Of a stretch of 64,000 nt of DNA, positions 53,960 to 64,000 are shown in pieces (positions within the stretch are counted from its first letter, which is position 1; each line of letters starts with the position of its first letter). The translations under genes and the position numbers were made by a program. The stretch is taken from NCBI RefSeq assembly GCF_036321535.1, contig NC_087437.1, positions 86,430,001-86,494,000 of the forward strand, written 5' to 3'. The notes under the pieces were generated by a model that did no database searches, was not told the DNA's origin, and saw only the letters and a list, made by a program, of their open reading frames with translations. Source of the DNA: Camelus dromedarius. Taxonomy: Eukaryota.

Positions 53960-54400
53960 AATATTTTTTTACTGAGATATATTTGACATATCACATTGTA
54001 TAAATTTAAGGTGTACAACATAATGGTTTGATACATTTATATTGCAGTATGATTGCCATTGTAGTGTTAGCTAACACCCCTATTACATCACATAATTATC
54101 ATTTCTTCTGGTGGTGGAAACAATTAAGATCTAGTCTCTTAGCAAGTTTAATGTTTATAATACAGTTTTGTTGTCTATGATCCTTGCACTGTGTATTAGG
54201 TCTTTAGGATTTAGATAATTATCTACTAGTTACCCTCAAACATCTCTCCCTTTCTCCCACTTCCTAGTTCCTGGTAACCACCATTTTACTCTCTGCTTTT
54301 ATGATTTGGATTTTCTAAGAGTCCATACAGTATGAGGTATCATACAGTATTTGTCTTTTCTGTTTTACTTATGCCATTTAGCATAATATTCTCAAGGACA
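53960..54400 (-). mobile_element. L1 (L1MA/MB-like) 3'UTR
   Basis: acattgtataaatttaaggtgtacaacat...cctggtaaccaccattttactctctg...catacagtatttgtctttt. Confidence 0.85.
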
Positions 54401-56075
54401 TTAGCTCAACATAAACTAAACCAAAGCCAAGAGTACTACAAAGAGCAAAACTCTCAAGTCGGAAGTCTGAGCCTTAGTTTCACCTTTATACTTGTTAGGT
54501 TTCTAAGTCAAGGCTTCCTGCTTATAAAATTAGATTAACATTATCCACCTGTTCAGCCTATTTTACAGGGACAAATTAAGTGAGATGATGTATATCAGAT
54601 GATGAGCATATTTTGAGCAATGTTATTATCTAGGACAGTATTAATTATTTGCAATCTACCAATGTTATAAGAAAAAACATTTATTAAGCAGTTATATATG
54701 CACCATTTTAAACTCTGCAGGACTGAATCAAGTGTGCACTCAGTCCTGTAACTACCACGTCAGGAAAACAAACCACAGAGGTCTTCAGCTAATTTTCGCC
54801 TTATGCCCTATGTCTTAGTTTTCTCTTCTGTTTGCAACTTTTCTTTGAATAATTACTAATTTATAAGAAATGTGTTGTTTTGAACTTTAGATCTGGGCTT
54901 TTAAAGTGAAATTCTGAAAAGTAAGCTCAAGGCACATTACTTTTTTATTTTTTGCTAGGAAAATGCAATCATATGAACCCAGTAGAAAAGCCACTTCCAC
55001 AAGTGAAATATTTAAATTATTTTAGAAAAGCTTAAAATTTCAAGTACTTTAACCTACTTAAAGAAACAAGTGCTTTACTGAGATTAAGCCAACCCAATTA
55101 ATTTGTGAAAAATATAATAAAGATGTTTTACTATATGCAAAAATGAAAGAGGATAAGGCTGTGGACAGAATGTGGCTGATCTTCATGGTGAATTAATCTG
55201 AACCTTCCCGCCTTTTTCCCTTCCAATGCTCACTTCATGATTTCTTTCCAACCTCATTAACTTTAAAGTGAATGTCTTGTATAAAGGAGATAAACAGGGT
55301 TAGAAGAAGAACAAGGACGGCGGGGAAGACAGAGGTTTGCAAAGTAAAAAGGCTTGTATTGGTGCCTCTCTACAAAAGAATTTAACTGTGTCCATTTTGG
55401 GAAGTTCTCTGAATTTATATGTGATTTATAGATCCCTTATTTTTCTACATACAAGATTTTTTAGAATGTGCCATGCCTTGTGATTTTCTTTAAAAAAGGA
55501 AGTCTATTTCTATTATTGCCTTTGAGGTTAGTATTTTTTTTTTTTTAAAGTGTGAGTCTGGATACACCCTAATTGTCTGTAATGCTATATGTCAAATTAA
55601 ATCTCATTAGCTATGCTATCCTGGCCCATTTTTTCAAATTTGGCTGGTGTCATTATTCGTACAGATTTAAGTAAAAATCCTCTCCTTTGTTTGCCTCTGT
55701 TTTATTTTTCCTTTTTCTTTCACCTCTCCTGCCATCTTTTCAGTAAAACTTCTCACCTTGTAGGCTAGCTTGCCTGCTTTCTTTCTTTTTTTCCTTTTTA
55801 AAATCTCTTCCTCCTTCTCAGTCTGCTCTGGTTAGGGACTAGAGTAGTTAAACCTCAGTCATTACATATTTTGAATTTGAATAGATTCTATCAACAAGTA
55901 ATAATCTTCTGGGCATAATTTTGGGTATATGTTAGAGTCTTGTATATATGTGTGTTTATATCTCTTTGAAGTGCAGACATTGAACAGTAATTTTCTAAAT
56001 GGCCATCTTCATGTTTTTATATACTCTTTGAAAATAATTTGTTGAGAATTTAAAAATTTTCCAGAAGATACTGAG

Positions 56076-56664
56076 GGTGATGGTAACTTTTATGTGTCAG
56101 TTTGGCTAGACTATGGTGGATAGTTGTTTGGTCAAATGCTAGTCTAAATGTTGTTGTGAAGGTATTTTGCAGATATGATTAACATTTATAATCAGCTGAC
56201 TTTAGGAAAGAAGATTGCCATAGGTAATTTGGATGGGTGTCATTCAATCAGAACTTAAGAGCAGAAACTTAGGTTTACTGGAGAAGAATATATTCTACCT
56301 CAAACTGGACACAGAACTTTTGCTTGAGTTTCCAGCCTGCCACCCTTCCCTACAGATTTCAGACTCAAGGCTAAAACATCAGCTCTTAACTCTTATCTGA
56401 GTTTCCAGCCTAGTTGCCTTTGTTACGAATTTTGGACTTAACAGTCCCCACAATTGCGTAAGTAAATTCCTTAAAGTAAATCTTTCTCTCTCTCTGTCTC
56501 TTTTTCTCTGTCTCTTTGTCTCTCTTTGTTTCTCTGTCTCTCCACCTGTCTCTTTTTCTCTGTATACAACACATATATGATATATGTATGTCATCTATAT
56601 CTGTATCTGTTTATCTATTTAAATATAAAGTTGGTTCTGTTTTTCTAGAACCCTAACTGAAGCA
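56076..56664 (+). mobile_element. MLT2 (ERVL) solo LTR with CT-rich microsatellite
   Basis: gtgatggtaacttttatgtgtcag ... ttggttctgtttttctagaaccctaact; 5-bp TSD ctgag/ccgag. Confidence 0.9.
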
Positions 56665-57165
56665 CCGAGGCATACATCATTATATTCTAAAGTTTTTATT
56701 AGGACCGCTTATTTCAGTGGATTGATTATTCCCCGGGTCTCTTGCTTTTTCAGAAAGGAAGCCCTACCTAGACTTGTGATTCACAAAAACCTTTCCTTGA
56801 GAGGAAACATTCCTTTACAGGAAGCTGTCAGGAGTCTAGCCCACTACTGTGATACGTGTCCAGCACCCACAGCTTGGCTACGTAATTTTAGGCTGAGTTT
56901 CAACATGTCTGCTTTTGAAAACAAGGGGGATGCTGTTCCAGACACTCTACTGAGGTCCCTGAACAGGCCACACTCTGCTCCTTCCAGGCTCCACACGGTT
57001 CACTGTCTACTGAAATTATGGACTTCCTCTCCAATAAACATTTTACTGATGGCTTCAATCTGCATAATGTCAGTCAGAAATTTGTTACTTTTCTAATCTA
57101 GAAAAACCCTGAAGTAAGCAAACTATACTGTTATGAAAAAATTATGACAAATAAAACACATTTCA

Positions 57166-57294
57166 GGGGGAGGGTATATAGCTCAGTGGCAGAGTGCATG
57201 CCTAGCATGCACAAGGTCCTGGGTTCAATTCCCAGTACCAATATTAAAATAAATAAACCTAATTACCTCCCCCCACAAAAACAAACAAACAAAC
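57166..57294 (+). mobile_element. tRNA-Ala-derived SINE (camelid Vic-1-like)
   Basis: A box TAGCTCAGTGG (57179-57189), AGC anticodon-like loop, B box GGTTCAATTCC (57222-57232), (CAAA)n tail, TSD aaacacatttcag (57154-57166 / 57295-57307). Confidence 0.88.
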
Positions 57295-57327
57295 AAACAC
57301 ATTTCAGTTTGTTTATTCAACATGGCA

Positions 57328-57420
57328 TTTATCTTTGTTCCGGTTGCTATTACAAAGTACCATAGACAGGGTGGTTTATAAACGTCAGGAATTTATTCCT
57401 CAGTTCTGGAGGCAAGAAGA
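57328..57420 (-). mobile_element. MLT1 LTR fragment
   Basis: ggttgctattacaaagtaccatagacagggtggtttataa...aatttattcctcagttctggaggc. Confidence 0.75.
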
Positions 57421-57449
57421 ATGAAATGACTTGGTCAAGTTGGTATGTA

Positions 57450-58170
57450 CCAGGCATCTCCATTTCCCCATTTGTAATTTATAAGTTTTCTCTGAGGAGA
57501 AATTCTGATATTATACTACTCTTCTGTAGCTTTTCAAACCTCCTACCAGCCTCATCATCCATTGATGATTTTCTCTTGAATTAGTCATAAGTCTATAACA
57601 GTTGTCAAATGGTTGATTTTCCATTTTCATCATTCTATCTTCATTTATTACTTGTTACTCTACTGTAAGGGAGAGTTTTTCTTTTTGTTTATTTATTATT
57701 TATTTGTTTATATTACATGGACTTTATTTTATTATTTCCTAGTTTTCTGTGCTATAAATGGACTTACAAATTTGTATTTTGTTCAATGAGTTAGTAATCC
57801 ATTACTTTCATTATTTATTTTGATGCAAATTGTTATAGATTTGGCTTCTCAAGCTGACTCCTGTGTCTTTTTGCATTTTCTTGCTATTTGGCATAACAAG
57901 ATGTCCCAGGTTCATCTTGTTTTTGCCTCATTCCAGCCCTGGAATCAGCCATCTTCCCAAGAGGCTCTGGTTCCTTTTGATGGAGGATGGTATTCAGAAA
58001 CCACGATCTGGGTGTTCAACATGTTCATTGCTCTTGAGATGGCATTGCTTCAAGGATCTGTCAGAAAACAGAACTAGCAAATACATGTATTCATATGTCT
58101 CCATATATTGCTATATGTATCTTAGAATTGTAAAAAAAAAAATTCATGCTAATATGTCTTATTGAAACTC
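57450..58170 (-). mobile_element. Old L1MC/MD-type 3'UTR
   Basis: tgatgcaaattgttatagatttggc...acaagatgtcccaggttcatcttg...ccctggaatcagccat...ctctggttcctttt. Confidence 0.75.
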
Positions 58171-59236
58171 CCCTGAAGATTCTTTCTATCCTTCTCTCTG
58201 TCCATGCCTGTAAATCTCTTCTCTGATGGTGAGAAATTACACACGCGTGCATGCGCGCACACACACACATACACACACTAACTTGCTCAATCTCCCAACC
58301 ATGGGGCTGCCTCTGCACCTTGCCAGTTCTTCATGTCCCCCAACTCGGAAAGCTTCCTTGGCTTCCAGCTACCCAGCTGATGAATCTGTGCTGCACCCTC
58401 ACCTCTTCACTGGCCTGCAGCAATTGACTCTCTGTGCTGAGAATATATTTCTTACACACCTGATTTTTATGGGAGTTTAAATGTTCTTCTCAAAATTATT
58501 ACTTGTCTGAAACTCTAAATCAAGTCTCAGTTAAAATAACACCTTTCTCTTGCAGCCCTCTTGGATGCTCCAAATGAACTTATTCCTTCCCACTTTCTGT
58601 CTTTCCCATTCTCACCTCTGTGCTCGGGGCATTAGGTCTTTGGGAGACCATGTACACCATTGATTGACCAGATTCGTCTTGCCTACTTCTTTCTGGCAGT
58701 TATTTTCTGTGAAACAGTTGGAATTGGATGAGTTCTCTTTCTTTTCTCCATCTAATCTTTCAACAGATGTTCAAAGATGTTCAAAAGATGGCTCATAACA
58801 AACACTACATTGTATCTGCCTTCTTATTTAAATATTTCCTATACTTGCCATCCAGTATGTTCTCTCTGTATTTACTACTGGTCTCTGAAAGCTGGCCCAT
58901 TCTGGGGATGCTGGTTCTGCCCTGTTTGCCCCACATTTGAGCTGATTTTTTTCCCAACTCCTGTAACATTCATCTCAAGATCTCCAAACCTTACAAATAG
59001 CCAGCCTCTTCTAGGACTGGTGTTTAGCGTCTCTATCACCAAGTGTATGGTCCTCCTAAGAACTGTGCACACCCCTCACATTAAACTGTAAGCTCCTCAA
59101 GGTCGAAACTTCTCTTTGATTTAACATACTCTATACAATATACATTAAGGCCTTGCACGTGAAAGGGACTGAAAAGATATTTCCAAAATTTGAGTATGTG
59201 ATAAACTACTTTTCTCTGGCATCTCACACTAAGACA

Positions 59237-59302
59237 GTTCCACATCTGGTTTATTGATTTGTGGCTGGTTCCACATCTGGTTTATTGATTTGTTTATTGA
59301 TT
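59237..59302. repeat. Tandem duplication with 31-bp period
   Basis: gttccacatctggtttattgatttgt occurs identically at 59237 and 59268, plus a third ttattgatt at 59294. Confidence 0.92.
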
Positions 59303-60070
59303 GGTTTCATGGTTACTTTCAGTATTGTAACTCCACCCAATCTAATGTGGTGCAGTGTAGTGAAGTGTGAGTACAGTATAATTTGAGAAAATTTCTTGAA
59401 AAAATTAAAAAAAATATATTTTTGTTACATTCAGTGCATTTATTTGCCCTATATTGGAGCTTCCAAAAGCTTTAGATTAATATTAAAGTAACTTTCAGAA
59501 TTCTCAGTTTCCATATCCCGGAGTATTTTCACCCACTTGACAAATTAGAACATCATTCACCGAATTTTGTTAGCCATTCACATATTTTCTAGGCTCTGGC
59601 TTGTAATTCAAAGGATAAATTCATAATTGAGAAAGAGTCACTCTCATTGTAAACACTTCAAAATAGAGTATGTAAAATGCCAATTATTTTTTAAAAATCA
59701 CCATGCATTAAATAACTGACTTACCACTGGACGATATAGAAATATTTCAAATAAATATATAACTAAAAAATATTCTAGGTACTTCATCTCTGGAATGTAC
59801 AGGTCAACTGATGTTTAATTTTGTTTCTTGCAGCTTTTTCTGATAACCTAGTAAGAATCATAAATTTATATTTATACTAGAGATAAATTTATACTTGTAA
59901 TTTGAGCTCTGTGTTCAACTGTTCTCCTATTTTTAAGACATTTTCTTTAATAAATGGATATGCAATTATAGTATCTATCAGAGTTGCTTACACAGAGAGG
60001 GTCTTAGTTAATGTTTGGTCATTCAATATATTTCAACATAAAGACTTGCTCATACCCAAACTAAGGTAGG

Positions 60071-60560
60071 TTCTTTTTCCCCCCAAGTGTCACATATTTA
60101 TCAGTGTAAACCCCAGTACCATACACCAACATGACTTTGTGTATTCAGAGGGGAAATATCTCCTGGTTAAGTGGAAAATTGCGTGTGGATGGTTTCTGAA
60201 AGACCTTCATTCTAAGCAGCTTTATGGTGAGACATTTCATTTAGAAGTCTGGACCTTCTTTCTTCAGTTTGCTATAATCTACATTCACTGAGTAGAACTT
60301 GTATTGATCATTGGGATCTAGTTTGTTCCAGGGTTCTGGGTTATTCTTTCTGTCCCACCTAACATCTGGATTGACAGTGCCAGGTGCCAGATACATAGCA
60401 CTGCTCCAGTACTTCCTGCTCCAATAAATATGAAGGGGGGAATCAAGCTAGGTTGCTTCTTGGCCTGACCAATGATATGGCAGAGCATGGTTGCGACAGA
60501 GGCTTTGAGTCCAGAAGGAGAGAAAAACAAACCTGTGAGGCTCAGGACCAAGTAGTCTCT
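60071..60560 (-). pseudogene. NDUFA4: Processed pseudogene of NDUFA4/COXFA4 (cytochrome c oxidase-associated subunit); CDS remnant 60488->60241
   Basis: Translates [38 protein letters not shown][1-nt deletion][43 protein letters not shown]. Intronless, 248 nt against 249 expected for 82 aa plus stop; flanks resemble the UTRs. Confidence 0.95.
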
Positions 60561-62089
60561 ACATTGAGCAAGCAGGCTTTTTACTAATCCAGTGTTCTAT
60601 CCACTTAAAAACTGATATACACTGAGAATTTGGCCAACATCAAGCTCTTGCTCCCATGAGCTGTTCACTTAATAAGAACTTGACAAAAGATGGGTGATGA
60701 ATCGATTTTCTTGTGTTTCACTTTTGTTCCTGTCTTGTTCATCGCTTTCTATTTGTGAAACTCATTCTTGTTTAAAGATCCTTGAGTACACAAGAGAACT
60801 ATTCAGTAGCTCCTTATGCTTTTGCAATGGAAATGATGAGATTTTTGCTGGAAGCACTAGTTTTAACATGGTTTTGTTTTAAAATTATAAAATAGGGCAG
60901 AATCTTTAAGAAAAAAGGAGAACCTTCAGTTTTTTCATAGGCACTGTCACTGTGGGTGATTTCATATTTCATGTATCAGGCCAAATGTCCAAAAGAGCAT
61001 ATAAAACTGAGAACTGGAAATAAAATCTTTTACTCTTTTACAAACTAATATATAATCCTGCATTTTGACAATCATTCAAATTACCAGGATGGTTTCTTCT
61101 TGCTAGACAGACCAACCATCTGTATAATTGGGCTATCTTAGAATTTGTTTATTAGAATACATGAATAGGAACTAACAATAACCCAGAATAAGGTTTGGTT
61201 TACCATGGCATAAGCTTTCAATAAATATTTGTTGGATTGAAATTGCCTTGTGAGGCACAGATGAGAAATCATCAGATATTGATGATGTCTGCTGACCTTT
61301 TATCACAGTCACTTTCAAGTCAGACATTAAGCTTGCTTTCCATTCTCAGTCTGGAGATCCTATTATCCCTAAAGGCTTTGTTTGCAAAATACATTATCAG
61401 TGAAAGCAAAATATGCCATTAGAAAAATTGTGTTTTTACACAGAGCTCAATAAATTATTTTTCACAGTAGTAAAAAATAAAACTAGTCATGTTTCCTCTT
61501 CCCCTATAATATGAGATACTGTAAATTTCTAGGCCTCAAAAACCATAATAAATGTGCCCCAGGAAAACATATCTCTAAAAATTCATGTATGTATTCTTAC
61601 CAGAAAAACTCACTTTCGCTTCCTTGTATTGGACCCACTATTCCCAGTTTTCTTGCAAAATAAATTTTGCATATTGTACCTACAAGTCTCAATTATTGAA
61701 TGTGATTTTTAAGTTCAATATATATATTTAAGGCAAAATACTCATAGTTGGAATTAGAAATTCTGTTTTACTTGAAGCTTTTAATACAAGTTATACTGAA
61801 GACAGAAATGGTATAAGTCTTAGCAAAATCAGATTCAATCTCAGTGTTACAAAAATCTAATGTGCTAAAGTCTTCCTAGTATCCAATAAAGAAATTACTT
61901 ACAAAAGAGCCCTTCCTTAGAACACAACATAGGCTTCCACAGCTAACAGTCCTTATTAGTTAAAATTCACCCATATTCCTTTCCTAAGTCATAGTTTGCT
62001 TCCAATTTAGTAAAAACTGAAGAATGAAATAAGGCATTATTTTTAGGATGTTGTTCCAACGTGATGGCCATTTAAGAAACTTGTTTCAG

Positions 62090-62850
62090 AGTTCCGTCTG
62101 GAGCGGGAGCGGTGGTGGAGCGGAGCGCGGAGCCCAGCAGACGCGGAGCAGACCCCGCCACCGGTGTGAGTCACAGTCACACCATGTGGCGCGCAGCTGC
62201 CGAAGGCTGCCCAGGCACCACGCTCTGCAGCTGAGCGCGGGGGCGGAGCCGCCGCAGCCCCCGCCCCATGCCTCAGCTCCGCCCACCCACGCCGGGCAAA
62301 GAAGGTTTCCAGAGCAGTCAGACATTTCCTGTGAGAAACGGATGTGGGTTCATCTACAGGAATGAACCCCAGGGAAAATGTATTGGACCAGCGGACTGCC
62401 GTAGGGAAGAATCACCCACAAGCTCCCTTGCACTGTCGGAGATGGAGAGACTGTGGAGTTTGGTGTGGAAGGAGGAGAGGTGGTGGCGCCGGGGCCCTCA
62501 CAGGCCCTTGGAGTTCCTCCGCGAGGCAGTCGGCGGGCAGCAGAGCGGAATCATTCTAGGTCTGTCCCTGTCACGGGGGTTGTGAACACAGTGACCAGTG
62601 AAGGGCCAGGATGATGAGACTGGGGGAAAGAATAAAGGACGGCAGACGCTCCCGAAGGCCAGGCGGCACAGCACCGGCCCTGCCGCGGGGTCCCCGTGCG
62701 CACCCGAGTGCGTAGACGCTGTGGACGCCCTGGTCCTCCAGCCCTTCTGTGCAGGGGGAAGGAGTGGAGGGTGCTGACAACCCAGGCGTGGAGGAGCAGG
62801 GCAGACCACCGAGACAGAATGTGTATCGAGGTGAGAGAGCGCACTTCCGC
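62090..62850. promoter_or_regulatory. CpG-rich island / candidate promoter or enhancer
   Basis: Sharp rise in GC and CpG against the AT-rich background; AP-1 TGAGTCA 62167-62173; GC boxes 62240-62248 and 62259-62267; ETS-like ATTTCCTGT 62324-62332; CAGCTG E-boxes. Confidence 0.7.
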
Positions 62851-62909
62851 AGATACCACAATGGATGAAGTAATAAACTGAAAAATATAGGATTTGTTTA
62901 TGAGCCACC

Positions 62910-63085
62910 ACATGGAATAGTGGAAAAACCATACACCAGGAGTAAGTAGATTGAAGTTCTAGCCCCAGTTCTGTCGCTTACTCGTTGTATAATCTGGAAC
63001 AATTCTTGTTACTCTTTCGGGTCTCAGTTTCCTTTCTGCAGTGGAAATGATTGGGAAAAATGAGCTATAAGATCCTTTCTTGATT
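62910..63085 (+). mobile_element. MIR SINE
   Basis: ggaatagtggaaaaa...gttctagccccagttctgtcgcttact...gtctcagtttcctttctgcagtg. Confidence 0.75.
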
Positions 63086-64000
63086 TAAAATGGGTAAATT
63101 GTGTTCATAACTATTTCTTTTGCCCCCAAGAGTCACCAGTGAATTCCACATGAAATTAAAATAGATTTATTCTATGTTTTTAAAAAGTCATCATGTTGAG
63201 TATTAGTGAAGAAGAAATAAAGGATGGAGTTACATTTATTGCTTGTCTTCGTAATCCAGAGCTTCAAATACTCTAGAGATCATCTGAGCAACCCAGCTTC
63301 CCCATTTGCCGGTGGAAAAGAAGGTGTGCCACGGTCAGCCCTCTCCACTTGCCCAAGTGTGCCAACCCTTCCTCGGTTCTCTCTTCCTCTCTGCTTAGTA
63401 TATCTTGTTCACTTTCTCATTCTTTTAGGTGGTGCTGGATTTACTCTTGCCTCACTCTTGTCTTCTTGGTTGCTAGTCCATTTTAAAGTGCTTTTGCCTA
63501 AATTATGGAATATTAACACTCTTCGTACCTATGACTTGAGTGGCAGAGCGTTGATAAAACATTGAAATCCTTGGAGACCGGTTTTAAGTAACTATGAGGT
63601 ATTCTTATTGGTAGGTCTTTCAGCTTAAAAAAGTTGACTACTCCAGATTTTTGCATGTGTTAGCAACCTATTTCGAATTATTGCAGTGGAATTTATATTT
63701 GACTGACTCTGAGAATCTGGCCTTAGGGACTGTTTGGAAAAGAGCATAGTTTGTTTAATTGAAATTTCTGTCTGTTATGATTTCCCAAGTCAAAGCAGCT
63801 AAGTTTACATCCAGTGGTAGCTGTTGAGCTTAGAAGAAACAAAATGTTTGAGTTCTTACAGTATGCATGTGACTGTGAACATCAGTCTGCCAAAAGAGGT
63901 ATGAGTAGCATCATACACAGAGCCTGACTTGTGCAGAAAAAAACTGCTGGACAGGAAGAGAATTATTTAAAATATCAGGGTTTTCCACATTGATTCTTCT

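Noticed and set aside
56722..57096. 124-aa ORF
   Set aside because: Non-ATG start, no recognisable domain or splice context
57166..57240. Possible tRNA-Ala gene
   Set aside because: Has a SINE body, A-rich tail and TSD, and the acceptor stem pairs poorly
60060..60590. TSD for the NDUFA4 retrocopy (aaggtaggttcttttt vs aagcaggcttttt)
   Set aside because: Too degenerate to call confidently
62048..62932. Multiple overlapping 60-144-aa ORFs
   Set aside because: Expected from stop-codon scarcity in GC-rich DNA; no recognisable homology
63224..63565. 113-aa Leu-rich ORF
   Set aside because: Driven by a CT-rich tract; no recognisable homology
1..64000. CRISPR arrays, operons, rRNA, or recognisable miRNA/snoRNA genes
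   Set aside because: The DNA is mammalian; no regularly spaced repeat-spacer array or known small-RNA sequence was recognised by eye

Overview
AT-rich mammalian non-coding DNA, intronic or intergenic. It is most likely camelid: it carries a Vic-1-like tRNA-Ala SINE, and I saw no Alu, Bov-A/BovB, PRE or CAN SINEs. I found no confidently identifiable host-gene coding exon, and almost all ORF-track entries are noise or transposon-derived. The one recognisable gene-derived sequence is an intronless, frameshifted NDUFA4 (COXFA4) processed pseudogene on the minus strand (~60.07-60.56 kb). The rest is a dense repeat landscape: L1 3' ends with target-site duplications (TSDs), an L1 lacking its RT region, a nested MaLR provirus, MLT1/MLT2/ERV solo LTRs, hAT and Tigger DNA transposons, MIR, L2 and microsatellites. 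There is also an isolated CpG-rich island at ~62.1-62.85 kb. I see no evidence of a new multi-gene system. The best leads are small: two L1 ends truncated at the same G-quadruplex-like tract, microsatellites arising at one L1 position in three copies, the orphan CpG island, a 31-bp tandem duplication of E-box/ONECUT-like motifs, and a few candidate micro-exons. Repeat subfamily names come from recalled consensus sequences, not database searches, and boundaries without TSDs or terminal inverted repeats (TIRs) are approximate.
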